From: Eukaryota sp. GEM-RC1
Taxonomy: Eukaryota
Assembly: GCA_040285855.1 (NCBI GenBank)
Contig: JAUFOQ010000006.1
Span: forward strand, 2,232,001 to 2,296,000
Length of the DNA: 64,000 nt
Direction of reading: 5' to 3'
Numbering within the stretch: the first letter of the stretch is position 1; the number at the start of each line of letters is the position of its first letter. Below are positions 49,491 through 62,896 of the stretch, one piece after another. Under the pieces are notes generated by a model. The model saw nothing but the letters and a program-made list of their open reading frames with translations, was not told where the DNA came from and searched no databases. Both the position numbers and the translations under genes were made by a program.

Positions 49491-49802
49491 AGGATTTATT
49501 CTCCCGCGCTGGCAATGTTGTGAATGCCAAAAGAACACGGTTAAATGTTGAATGTGTTCAAGCAATTTTGAGTTTAGAATCGTGGAGCTGATATTCATTA
49601 TCTCATTAATAAATCTTGTTACTACGAATAGAAAATACATTGGTGTGTTTATATACTTGACATTCAAATACAAATGTTTGTTGATGAGTACTACTCGAGT
49701 ACTACTCAATGAGTCTACTCAGATACTCGAGTAGTATTCATATTCACTTTTCAGGGACGGTGAGTAGTACTCGAGTATTACTCGAGTATTTTCCCATCTC
49801 TA
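49490..49802 (+). mobile_element. 3' end of a hAT element
   Basis: LFSRAGNVVNAKRTRL...LSLESW (dimerisation domain end), TACTCGAGTA repeats, terminus CCCATCTCTA. Confidence 0.8.
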
Positions 49803-50368
49803 TTCTATAGTTTTGTATTGTTCCAAGAAAAATACAATTATCACAAAGTTGTATAAGAACATTATAACTATATTCGGTACTCAATAAGGTAACCTTCCTA
49901 CAAAAACATGAAATTGTAAAAACAGACAAATAATACTAAGACTAAATCCAAACGACTTCATCACCACCCTGTAAAAGATTACGTTTTTCAACATTAAGCT
50001 TCACACCAAACTTGTACAAGTTCTCAATTAATCGAGAGAAATAGAAAGGCATATTCCGACATATAAAAAACACTATGCTGTGCTACTGTTGACCAGGAAT
50101 TTTCTTTGTCTAGTGTCTCAGACTTTTATATGTATTTTTGTGCCCTCCATCGATAAACTATTTTTAAATGTTATTTAACAAAGACTGTCAGTCAATTGGA
50201 CTCGACTTGAAATATACAGTAGTCGACTCGACTCTGCTTTGATATCTCATGAGTAGACTCGACTAAACTCACTTGGTTCTAGTTGTTGGACGTACAAAAC
50301 ACTGAACATAATAACTTATCAATCAGAACCAGGTACATAGCTATTATCAAGTAAAATCAAAAATTAGA

Positions 50369-52160
50369 CTATAATCTACCAGAAAGACGAACAAAAGGGA
50401 CATTTGGATTGTCTGTAGAGTGCAAATCGATACCAGCATCAAGGTCAGATACAGAAACATTACAGTTCAGTTTTGTTTTAGACCCATGACAAATTTGAAC
50501 ACTCAATGTATCCTCAGGACACATCCTTAAATTAAAAGTAAACTTTTCTTTTTTCTTGAATTCACGAAATGTACGGGTTTGCGTGTGCTGAAGATCGTCA
50601 TGAGTTAGGACAAATAGAATAGATATATCTGCTGTACAAACAAAATGATTCAAAGGTTCTGTGTAGACGACAAACTCAGCTTCATCACACAGATCAGGTT
50701 TCTGGTTTTTTGAATCATGTTCAACTGGTTGGTCCATTATAATAACTGGAATCCTCTTAAAAACCCCATTTTGACTCTCAGCAATGTTAGTAGGGAGTAA
50801 ACTCTGGTTGGTCGGTGCACAATCATGTTCATGACAAGCGTTTTGGCGAAAACTTGTACCACACGAAATTTGACTTGTACATGTGTGAGAATGTGTGCCA
50901 GTTTCTTCTATAGGTGTTCCAGAAACGATTAATTGAGTTTGTTCGGTTTTCTCTTCATGTGGTTCAGCTCCAGTATGTGTTAAAACTACATTTTGAGGTC
51001 TCAGGTGTTTAACATTTGACGGATCTTTCCATCGTAGTCCTCCAAGAGCAACATCAGTGTTAGGATCCAGTATACAAGCCAAAGGTGCTTTAAAAGCCGA
51101 TCGCATCCGTTCTCTAACTGAATGAAGAGCTGCTAACCTTCCAACTGGAACAACTTTGGTAACAAATTGTGACTGTACATATTTGGCTTGTTCCTCAAGC
51201 AGCTTAACAAAGTTCTCTCGAAATGCCTCCAATTTCCCAGAAAGATCTTTCAAGAAACTGTCAAGTACAGATGGTGGAACATCTTCCTCAAAGTCACCAT
51301 TTGGATAAAAGTCTTCTACCAAAACTGACATCCTAGTTTTAGTTTTAGCTTTATTACATGCCAAAAGTAATTTCATCTTGGATTTTCATTCATTGTGGCA
51401 CGGATTTCTTCATCAATTTTAGTTAAGCAGTACTCATACAAAGCTTGGTCAACTTGAACAGCACCCATCCACCACTCTTCAGAATGAATGGCATTAATGT
51501 CAAATCGTTGATGGAGAAAGACAACAGCTTTGGTAAGTAACTGACCAACATCTACAATGACGACGGTTTCAAGTTTAGAGGGTTCAGGGGCTTTAAAGAG
51601 ATAAGAAGCTACAAGAGCTTCCAGAGTAGGGACAACAGTGATATCAGGATAGTCAAGGTTATGGAATGTATCAAGAAGAACATTTTGATGTTGTACAGGT
51701 AGACTTTGAGGAAGAACCAATGATGATATGTCAAAAGGGGAGTTGATGCAATGATTCAGTTCAAGTATAATGTGTTCTACAAGAGGAAGAAGGAGTTCTG
51801 TTTGTGTGAGATTTTTACAAACACTGTTCACATTTACGGAGAAGACAAGACCGTCATTGATTTGGCTGACATTTCCCATAAGAAAAGAAGTAAAAGGAAG
51901 ATGTAAGGGTTTAGGGGAAGATTCTTCTGTGACTTCAGTGGGGACAATGTGTGTAACAGACACAAAACAGTTTTTGGCATGCTTCTTGACTTTGGATTCG
52001 GCATTTTGAGCTGTGAAAAAGACCCCAGTTCTTTAACAACGACATTAGAAAGGAACATCGCATCGGTACTTGTTTGTAAACTAGTATCTCGATTATCCAC
52101 GTCATTTCTCACCGCGAGGACGATGCCGTAGGATCCCAGATCTAAAGAAACATGATGCAT
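50369..52160 (-). CDS. Divergent Hsp70/Hsp110-like gene, copy 2 (frameshifts near 52015 and 51380)
   Basis: Duplicate of 31795-33585. Confidence 0.65.
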
Positions 52161-52211
52161 TTAAGAATGATGAAATTTGTAATAGAAATTCACAGCATGA
52201 GTCTTCACTAC

Positions 52212-53792
52212 ATGTCTTCATCCTTTATTCTTGGGATCGATCTTGGAACAACAAACTCTTGTGTTGCATTTTATCGTCACAAGCGAGAAACTGAGAGCAG
52301 TCACACACCTCACATCACAGAAGTTCTGACGGATTTCCTGTCTTCGGAAAGACTTGTTCCATCTATTGTCTTCTTCGCATCCCAGAATTGTGTCGTTGGT
52401 GTTGATGCTCGTGATACTATGAAGAAACATCCAGATAAGATTGTGTATGAAGTCAAACGTTTCATTGGACGACGTTTTAATGATGAAGTTGTTCAACAAA
52501 TGAAAACCAGGTATCCTTTCAGAATTGTAGAACTAAGTGATGGATTCACTGGTATTAGAGTGAATAACCAAACATACCGTCCCGAAGAGATCAGTGCGAG
52601 AGTCTTATCTCACATCAGAACTAACGCTATCAATGCTCTGGGACAGACTAACATCACCAAGGCTGTCATTACTGTACCTGCATATTTCAATGATGATCAA
52701 CGTCAAGCAACAAAGAGGGCTGCATATATTGCCGGCTTTGAGGAAATCACCCTAATCAACGAACCAACTGCTGCTGCTCTATCTCTAAAACAAGAAGATC
52801 CTTCGACAATCGGCAAGCGAGTTCTCGTATTTGATTTTGGTGGTGGTACCTTTGATGTATCTATTGTAGATATTAAAAGCGATGACATTACTGTCATTGG
52901 AACTCATGGTTCTACCAACTTAGGTGGGGCAAACATCGATCAAGAAATAATAAACAATGTTAAGAAAAACTGGACTACTGACAATAACCGTTATTCCTTA
53001 CCAACTGAAAAGAAGAAAGTCTTATTGCGTTTTGCGGTAGAGAAAGCAAAGAAAGCCCTAACAACTAGAAATAAGGCTGAAATAGAAGTTGAGAACTTTG
53101 CTTCTGGAAATGATCTTGAACTTGTCCTAACTAAAGACCGTTTTGATGCTATTTGTGCCCCTTACATTACCAGATGCTTATCGATTATTGAGGAACTTCT
53201 TCAATCCCTCCGTCTTCAATCTTTTGCCATCGACTACGTTCAACTTGTAGGAGGATCTTCTCGTATAAGAAAGGTTCAAGAAATGCTTGAACTTAAGTTT
53301 CCTGGTAAGCTCAGAAAAACTCTAAACCCTGATCAATCCGTAGCCGCTGGTGCCGCTGCCTATTTCCATCACGTTCTTTATGATGTTACTCCTCATAGCT
53401 TGGGCACTGATATCAAATCTAAATCAAGAACGAAAGAAGTTGGCACTATGAGTGTTATCATCCCTAGGCATTCCAGAATTCCTTGCAAGTTCACTGAAAC
53501 TTACTACACTTCAAGTGACTATCAAACCACACTTACCATTGGTGTTTTTCAAGGTGAAGCCACGATTGTGTCTCTAAACACATTTCTTGGACGCTTTGAG
53601 ATCAGTAATCTACCTGTTCTTCCAGCAGGAGAAGCCAAAGTATCAACTACAATGATCATTGATTCAGATGGAATATTGCATGTTGATGTTGAAGATCTTC
53701 AAAACAAATCAAATACAGCTTCAATCAAAATTGAAAAGCTTCAAAGTCAGTTCCGGTTTAGTCAACGTCTTGATGAAGTGTCTCGAACTTAG
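52212..53792 (+). CDS. hsp70: Lidless Hsp70-like protein, intact ORF (526 aa from MSSSFILG)
   Basis: GIDLGTTNSC, EVKRFIG, TVPAYFND, NEPTAAA, DFGGGTFDVS, LVGGSSRI, DVTPHSLG, IDSDGILHV; no lid or EEVD. Confidence 0.93.
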   Translation: MSSSFILGIDLGTTNSCVAFYRHKRETESSHTPHITEVLTDFLSSERLVPSIVFFASQNCVVGVDARDTMKKHPDKIVYEVKRFIGRRFNDEVVQQMKTRYPFRIVELSDGFTGIRVNNQTYRPEEISARVLSHIRTNAINALGQTNITKAVITVPAYFNDDQRQATKRAAYIAGFEEITLINEPTAAALSLKQEDPSTIGKRVLVFDFGGGTFDVSIVDIKSDDITVIGTHGSTNLGGANIDQEIINNVKKNWTTDNNRYSLPTEKKKVLLRFAVEKAKKALTTRNKAEIEVENFASGNDLELVLTKDRFDAICAPYITRCLSIIEELLQSLRLQSFAIDYVQLVGGSSRIRKVQEMLELKFPGKLRKTLNPDQSVAAGAAAYFHHVLYDVTPHSLGTDIKSKSRTKEVGTMSVIIPRHSRIPCKFTETYYTSSDYQTTLTIGVFQGEATIVSLNTFLGRFEISNLPVLPAGEAKVSTTMIIDSDGILHVDVEDLQNKSNTASIKIEKLQSQFRFSQRLDEVSRT

Positions 53793-53890
53793 TTATAACT
53801 TATATGCTAATCCATTTGGTTTTAATAAATGAAAATATAAAAATAAATTTGCTCATCTAGCCACTAGCAGTAAGAAAAAGAAACTTTTTT

Positions 53891-54735
53891 CTGTACCTAA
53901 TATGGTACCCTTCCTACAACGTTATGAAATTGTAAAAACAAACAAAAATAATATTAAGACTAAATCTAAACGACTTCCTTTTCATCTGTTAAAAGATTAA
54001 GTTATTCAACAATAACTTTCACACCAAACTTGTACAATTTCCCAACTGATGGAGAGAAATAGAAAAGCATATTAAGATATATTGAAAACATAATACGGTT
54101 TTTCAATCAGCTTTTCTAATACTAACACTTGTTTTCTTTACACAGTTCTTGGAATTCATTGAAAAATAGACTACCAGCAGGACTAATCGATCCAAAAAGA
54201 TAACCAGCAAAAGGTCAAAACACAAATATGAAATATGGGTTTCGATTTAACTATTCTACTTGAAAGTCAGAATTGGATTGTTTGAGTTTTTCAACATCTG
54301 TTGACTGATTAAAAGAACAAGCTAACATCCTTCTAACACCAAAATTTGTTACAAACATCTACTATGGTATAATCCATTAATGATTGACTCGATTTAAGCC
54401 ATGAAGTACGGAGGTCTTGCTCACTCTAAAGTTGAACCAGTTTTGAATCACCTTTTACAAAATGAATTTACGGGTCAAGAAAAATCATGCTTTAATCATG
54501 AAATAACAAGCATCACGTACACCATCATGAATAACTGAACGTAGATGAATAAAATAACGACAATTAATTAAATGGCGAATAAGAGTACTAGTTCCACAAG
54601 AGCAAGTTGAATAGTTTAATAAATTTGCAGGCCAAATAGCCAAACGAAGACTCATATTGATCAACCAAGCTTCATCAGATAAATGTAATCCAAACGCCTT
54701 AGGATTTTGAGAAATACATCAAGAAGGTCCACCAT
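53891..54735 (-). mobile_element. CRE-like LINE 3' fragment, copy 2
   Basis: Duplicate of 35311-36170. Confidence 0.7.
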
Positions 54736-55204
54736 TTCATAGATCAAATAAAAGAGTCAATGTAATTTGCAGTTTACATTCTCACATATTACGGCAAATA
54801 CGGAGAGGCAAAGGAGAAATTGAAGGGCTGGATGCAGCCTTCGTCTGGGGTGTAACGGTGACAGGAGACGTTTGCTTTGGATGGGTAATCTTACTCTCGT
54901 TCCCTGGAAGGCATCATCATCAGACTTTGCGTTACATAGATTCGTTTACGTTTATATTTGATACATACTTGTTTGTTTTACTAGATTCTGACCATTTATC
55001 AACTAGTCTGTTAAAGGGTTAAACTGGCTGAGCACTTGAGTGTGACCTGCTGCTAAAGGTCTTTGAAAAAAACTAGAAACTGGCGCCAGTGAGTTCCAAG
55101 TCAAGTCGAACGACTGGACTTAAAAATTCTCAAGTTACTTGGAATTGACTTGATTCAAGTCGATCAACGTGTGCCTTGAGTCAAGTCGTTTGACAACACT
55201 AATA

Positions 55205-58200
55205 TGAAAACATCCTGAACTTCCTGTTAGAGTTTAGCTTCTGGTCTCGCGAAATTAGACAACAGGAAGACAAGGTGTACAATGATGAGTTAGGAAATCC
55301 TATCCACTCATATGACATCTGCCGTACTGCCGTCTTGGAGATTGACCCTACTGATGTATGTGAATTTATCAACCAAAACATGGTTTATACTTGGAGACGT
55401 ACAGGGGAATTATCTTCTAGTGGAACAGATGATGAAGCCGTTTGGCGTTATCTTTGTACGAAACCTAGAACAACACCGTGAATGCTGCTACTAAGAGCTT
55501 TCAAAGCATCAATTTCACGAAATCCAATGTGGAGCCTCCTGAGAAAATCGCAAATTTCCTGAATGCGGCTATAAAAGCCATTCAACGATCCACCGCCATC
55601 AAAGGTATCGGGGAAGAGAGGATCGCAATGCCATCAGATCTGATTGCTGAACACTTGAACCAAATTGTTGATTGCGACAACAACATCAACCTCCTCGAAG
55701 ACCTAAAGATAAAGTGGCTTCGTGTGCTTGAACGTAAACCTGAGCTGCTCGAAGAGTTTGTTAATGACTTGAAAGAAGTATACCTCTTTTGGGCCAGGAA
55801 TAATAGTGTTCAGACCGACGAACGAAGCTCTAGATCAAGTAAACCTTCCAAGAATGCTTTGAAAAGGCTAACTCGAACGAAAATGAACGTTCCGATGAAC
55901 GTCCCTCTCGACGAGAAGAAAGAGCTTGCTTTAACTGCAACAAGAAAGGTCATTTGTCTAAGGATTGCAAAGCCCTTCGCAGAAGCAGTGAGTCGGATGA
56001 CAAGTCCAGAAAACGTAGGTCTGGTGACGGTAGTCGTAGTAAATATTCTAAATATTCTAAGAATAAAACCGATAATTATGTCTTGCAAATTAGAACAACA
56101 GTCAACGCTACACCAGATTAATATATCAATCCCCTGGCAGTTCTCAACACACAAGAGGATAAGGATGATACATCTAGAAAGATTTATAGTTTACAGAACT
56201 TAGGGATCAAAGACAAAGGTAACGGGCCTTTAGTTCTACGATTGTGGATTAACAAAGTTCCAGTGACAGGTGAATTTGATACAGCAGCTACATGTTCTGT
56301 GATCACTCAGGACCTTGTTCGTCACTGTGGAATGGAAATTATCGACGACAGTATTGATTACATTTCAGCGAATAATATTCGTGCAACTTCCTTAGGTAGT
56401 GCAATTGGTGTTCTGACGTTCAACGTCGGAAGTGTGGCCAACCAGATTCACAACAGGCATTCTCTTCCCGTAATTCCAGGTACCGGAACATTACTGATTG
56501 GACGAGATTTGCAAAATGATCTAGGGCTCCTGAAAGACGATGGTTTGATCATAAGATTAGACAAAGAACATCGCACAATCTTAAACTCTGAGAGAGAATT
56601 TGATGAGAGAATTTCGATACCATCAAAACCCATCTTGGATCAATCAATTTCGATTGCTTCCATCAATGATGAGTGCGGCAAGTCTCAACCCTCTAATCAA
56701 TCTTTGATTGACTTTGAGAAGAAAGTTGACGATTCTGGCTGTAAGATACTACTAGATGATCCTACACGACGACAGGCATTGCTTACCCTATTAAGCGAAT
56801 GAGACGCCCTATTCTCACTCCTTGATTTCGCTTATTCTCACTCCTTCTGTTTATTTTTTTTGTGAAGTTACATCTTCTCCTATGAACTACGAACCTGGAT
56901 CATTTATTTTGGCAGCTCCTTCTTTCGATGATGATGCGTAAAGAATGTCCTGCAAAGAAAGGGATGCCTTGTTGTAAGAGACTGCAACAGTTGGTTAAAG
57001 ATTGCCAACCTCTAACTGTTGAGATGTTTCATCATCATTGGCATCTGGAATAACGCATTGAAGATGCTCAACGTGTAGGCCAACCTAGATTAGCCAGAAT
57101 TCTTCCACCTAACCCAGCTTAGGCTAGAGGAAGGCCAAGAAACTCAGAAGTAGCGAACAGCAATCACCAGGATAGAGTTGTTGCTCAACAACGAACTCAA
57201 TATAAATGTGGCCTCTGCAGAACTCCAGGTCATACTAGAAGAAGTTGTCCACTAAAGGAACAGTTCCAACGTATGATTGAACAAGGAACTAATGAGTAGT
57301 TGTATTAGGTTTATTTGATACGAAATAAAGAAAATAAGACGTCATAGCGGAAGAAAAACTATGGTGAAGAAATACAGAGAAGGAGTGAGAATAAGCGAAA
57401 TCAAGGAGTGAGAATAGGGCGTCTCTAAGCGAATACTCCGAAGTCTTCTCTGAAGAAATACATCCTGACGGCATTGATTGTCCTCCGATGTCTATTCCCT
57501 TCGACGACAAGAGCACGGTTGTATATAGGCCTCCTCGACGGTTGAACCCTATGAAACAGAAGGTTGCCGAAGAGATCTTTAATGAATTAATACTGCAAGG
57601 ATGGGCCGTACCATCGACAGGAACATTCAGCAGTCCCATTGTCCTGGTGATGTACAACGACCACCGCAAGCCCCGTTTAACTGGAGATTTCAGTGGGCCC
57701 AATGGGATAAATGCTAATACGAAGCCTGTGAAGCTGAATCTTCCCAGGATCTGTGATATACTAGAGTTCCTTTCGAATGCAAACTTCATCGGAACAGTTG
57801 ATCTTCCAAAAGCTTTTTGGCAACTCAAAGTAGCTGAAGAAGACGTCGACAAGACAACTGTGTCTATACCTGGTATGTCAATTAGTTTCAAACGGACATG
57901 TTTTGGTTTGAAGAATGTACCTGCAATCTTCCAAAACATTATGATGGATATATTCAACATTGAGGGTGTTTTTATTTACATTGACGATGTAATAATCACA
58001 GGGAACACATTAGAAGAATATATGGATCGATTACGACAAGTACTAGATTGCGCCAGACGCTTTCGTGTACGTTTTGGATTACGTAAATGTCATTTCGTAA
58101 CTTGTAATCACAAAATCAAGATTCTAGGCAGCGACTTTGTGAACAAAACCCGTTGCATCGATGAAAGTAGAATTTCTGCTTTGAGGAACCTATCAAGTAA

Positions 58201-60588
58201 TCTCACTGAAGTTAGGAGTCTGATTGGTGCTTTGAATTATATAGGAGACTTCATTCCAAATTTTTTCGGATTTGACAGCTCCATTAGTAGCACTAACTCG
58301 TGACAAACCTAAGAAGATACTGTGGACAACGGAACACGATGAATTATTAGTATCAATCAAAGGATTAATAATCAATCATATGGCTTTAGACTTGCCTAGT
58401 GAAGAAGTGAACATCATAATCTCCACGGATGCATCTAACATAGCCGTAGGTGGCGTGATTTGGCAGGAAGAAAATCCTCGATCTCCACCTGGGACTCCTC
58501 TAAAAGATCGAAGGGTTCGACCTATCTCTTTCTATAGCAGACTTTTGAACAATAGTCAGCAGAATTGGGCTGCAATTCGGAAAGAATTGTATGTCATTTT
58601 GCAGATTCTGACTGAATTAACGTTGGAAGGTTTCCTAATGAGTAGACACTTGACGATCTTTACAGATCATAGGAACCTTGCTTTTCTCATAACTGCACCT
58701 GAGAATAACCGGACTGTCAAACGATGGATCCCAATATTTTCTGAGTATAGTATTGAGATTGAGCACGTTGCAGGAGAAGATAATCAATGGGCTGACATGC
58801 TATCACGAGTAATCGATCGCAGTCCCATTGAGACAATCAAATCAGTGATTTTGACGAATCACGTTTCAGATCGGAACATTGTACTCAATCAAATGGATAT
58901 GAGACACAATGGAGATGACTACACCGAGTTACGGTTCATCAAGGATAACTCAACCTATGTCATCAGCAATCTACGGGAACTATCTGTCGACAACCAACTT
59001 CCTTTGTTCGACTCTTGGCTGTCAACCATTAGATCCGAACAGCTGAAAGCTTATGAGTTGAAAGATCCTGTATTTAAGAACACGGTAATATGCTCTGAAA
59101 GCATGTTACATTTATCTAAAGACAAGAAAATCCTGATACCAGACACGTTGAGGAAAACACTACTCAATATGCTCCATGGTTTAGTCCAAGCAGGACACCC
59201 AAACTTGAAAGATAGTTTGGCTAAGCTGTTCAACAGCGGCTACTTTTGGCCTAAGATAAAAGCTGACATGGTAAAACATGTTAAGCACTGTCCAGCCTGT
59301 CAGAAAACAGCTCCGGCTTATAAACTGACTATCGAATCGACGGGTTCGTTATGGGCCGACAGACCATTCGCAAGACTCAATGTCGATACGATTGGACCTC
59401 TTCCAAAAGATCAAGATGGTAATCAGTTCTTACTGGTCTTCGTGGATTCGTTCACAAGATATACTATCCTTAGCCCCCTCGAAGAACTAAATAGTATCGA
59501 GGTAGCACATCGTCTAGTGTGGGATGTTGTTGCTAGCTTTGGAGTACCTTTTATGATTCACAGTGATAACGGCAAGGAGTTTGCTAACTCCACGTTCGAG
59601 GCAGTTTGTAACCTGCTGGCTGTTGAGATCAGTCGTTCGATTCCACATTTCTTTCAAAGTAAATGGTCTGGTAAAACGTCGACACAGGGATGTACTTCAA
59701 AGTCTACGTCGTCTCCTTGTAGATTTCAACGATTACGATAGTTGGTCTAGATATATTCCAGCTGTACAACTTCAAATATATGCTACTACTAGTAGTGTCT
59801 CATGCCACTCACCATATCAACTGATGTTTGGAAGTGATATTAGCCCTGGTTCTGATCCAATAAACATGCTAAAAGCATTTGAACAAAGTCGATCTGAGAT
59901 TCCATTCGTAAAAGATATGGCTCTAAAACTCGAAAGACTAACGAAAAAGCGAGAAGAGGCAGAGACTCGTCAAACAAGTAAGGCCTCTCGCAAAACCAAC
60001 AAAAGTAACCCGTTCAAGATAGGTGATCTCGTACTGAAGAAGTCAAAGACATCTAAGCTACATGGTAGTTATGCTGGACCATTCCTATTAATGTCCGTTG
60101 ATTCTCAATCATCGATGTCAATCAAGAATCTGATTACTGGTCACGTCAGCAAAGCTAGTTTCCACCAATGTACGATCTATCTCACAGACTTACCCAACGA
60201 CTCTGATTTCCATAAGGCTGTTGCGTCAGACGATTCAAAAGAACATATCGTCCTTGAAATACTCGACCGCTATGATACCCCCGTTGGTGAACACTGTACT
60301 GTGTTGTGGTATGGTGGTGAAACCTCCTCAGTTCCCACTAAGGATATTTCCGATACCAAAGCTTATTCTGCGTTTATTAGATTAGAAAGTATTGATAGTA
60401 AAGTCCACAAGCCTAAGAAGCCCTTGCCTCGTACTAGAGTATCTAGCTCAGGACTGTCTAGTAAAACACATGTTGCCAAGAGAACTAGGAACTCGAAGAG
60501 AGAGAAGAGGTAGTGTAGGCCACAGGTGTTGATACGTGGCAGTGTTCTAGTTCCAATTTCATTATTCAATATACTTATACTTACCACA
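55205..60588 (+). mobile_element. Ty3/gypsy element, copy 2
   Basis: Duplicate of 36640-42023 with the same MULE insertion and integrase lesions. Confidence 0.93.
56801..57425. mobile_element. Non-autonomous MULE, copy 2
   Basis: Same TIRs and 9-bp TSD TAAGCGAAT. Confidence 0.93.
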
Positions 60589-61910
60589 TGTCTCATACAG
60601 GTAACATCATTGAAAAAATCACAAAGGTCATCAACAATTAAAAGAATTTTGTCTACATAATGCTTTTAAAATATCAAAAGTAATACCAAAAGGTCCGGGA
60701 GCTTTCCCAGATGGCAACGTTAAGATCAAATCCAAAACTCATCAGACAAAATACGATTTTCTCTCCAATATGTTGGAGAAAGTGGAACTTCCGTAACACA
60801 TATTCTATTTTTTAAAAAATGTATTTGTATTTTGTTCAATCCTTGTATTTTCCAGGTATGGTTGGATCTATCAAGATTCAGCTCTTCCACATGAATGCTA
60901 TCCTCAATAGACTCATACGCTGGATAAGTCCACAAGACATCATCGTATTTATTACTGACTACAACACGTAGCGCTTGGCGAAGTTCGCTCCTTGGCATTC
61001 TGTCATCCACGATCGCATACCTAAAAGAAGACACTGATATCTGTTGAGGAACGTTTCTGCATGTATTTTCCCTCAAGTTGGACGATTTACTGGGCGATTG
61101 GTTAGATACAGATGATGGAATACGTATCGTTATCAATCATATTACACATGGGATCCGTGTCTTAGTATCTGTTAGTATCATTGATTGGAAAGGAAGATGT
61201 ATCTGATAGTATTAGTTTTAAGTACATGTAGTTTTTCCAGAAGTCATTAGACATAAATTTACAAAAGAAAAGTACAGGAATAGCAAATTTTACGGTACAG
61301 GAATAGCAAAAACCTGCATTTGATGAGTGACTATTCACAGATAGAAACATTACTGGCTTAAAAAGTACAAAAACCGATTTTTTGACGATTTAAAGTTGTA
61401 TTAGAAAATGGCGATGCTGACAATCTTTCATGAGTAATCTGAAACAGTATTGAAACCGATACATTTCTTTCAAATCTTAAGGTTATGTATATGACATCAT
61501 ACTTGTAAAATTCCAAAATCTGTATTTTATGTATTTTATGTATTTTATGTATTTTACTGAATTTTTTCCAATATGCTGAACAAGTGCTTCGTCCGCTCAT
61601 TTGCGTCCATTATAATGATATCAAGTGCTAGTTTTAGATGCAGTCATTCTTTGGTTCAGCTCTTTCCGACCATTTGGTTAACATTTACTTGCATTTATCA
61701 AACTCAATCTGTGAAAATGAACAAATTTTGTTCATCAATCTCTTCCTCAATTCATCCTAACAATCCAAGAAGTAACTTCTAGAACATAAGAAAGAGGAAG
61801 TGGGCCAGGACGCAGATGCTGGAATCAATGAATTAGTGGAGATCAACCTTGAACTTTTGCTGGACATCGTTATAACCACCTGCAGGAATTGGAATCGAAT
61901 ACAATCTTAT

Positions 61911-62614
61911 CAGGGGTGGGAAAACAATATTGCAATAAATATAAACATATTTTAGCCACAAAATAACTATTGCAATTTCTGAAATAGTACCAATAAATAT
62001 CGCAATTCTTCAACCAATATTGCAAGAGTTCAATATTGCAACAATAAGAATCATATTATGTACTTATTACAAAAAAACGCAGATTCTATTGTTCATAATC
62101 AGAAATATCGAAATTAATCTCAATAGTATTGAGAATAGTATCGAAGATGAAGATATTGAGTCAATACCATTATATACATCTACGATTTTTATACTGCTCA
62201 CGATAAGTCTTACAGTAGCTTTATCCCAAAAATCACTGTTTTCTTTCATTATTATTTGCATTTCAAGACTGGGGGGCTTCAGAGAAAATGGCTTCAGAAG
62301 AAAGAATTCAGATTGAACTTCAGGAAACACTCGAATTGAGCTCAAATGACAGACATTATGATAATACAACAACTAGAAATCATCACCGATAAATCAACTC
62401 TCACTTTATAAACACATAATGCAACAAAACGGGTTTTGGGACTCCAAATGGTGAAGTAAAACAACAAAATGAACAACGTATATTGGCAATATTGCAATAT
62501 TCCAATAATTAACCGGTATAACAATAAATATTGGTCCACCTCACAGAGCGGAAATATATAGTGGAGCAATATTTATTGCAATATTGGAAGATCAATATTG
62601 TTTTCCCACCCCTG
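61911..62614. mobile_element. Non-autonomous hAT element, copy 2
   Basis: Same TIR and TSD AATCTTAT as 43339-44041. Confidence 0.93.
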
Positions 62615-62896
62615 AATCTTATACTGCACCGTTATCGTTGAGTGCTCGTTGAAGAAGATTAGCAGACTGATATGTTTGTATTTTACTTTGTATTTTGGCG
62701 TATTTTTGTATTTTTCAAATGAAAACTCGTGTATTGTACAAGTATGTATGACATCAAATAACAGCGGCACGTACAGTACATGTACCAAATATAATTACAT
62801 TGATTTAAGATAAATTACAAAACATTCATTTACAAGTATATAACATTAATAACATAAGGAAGTATGAAGAAAAATACTAACAAAAAGTGACTCAAG

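Larger units (their letters stand above)
31126..49802. repeat. Unit 1 of a ~18.6-kb tandem segmental duplication
   Basis: ORFs from 31.1 to 45.4 kb recur at +18.56-18.58 kb; the rest of the unit cannot be compared because copy 2 leaves the window. Confidence 0.9.
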
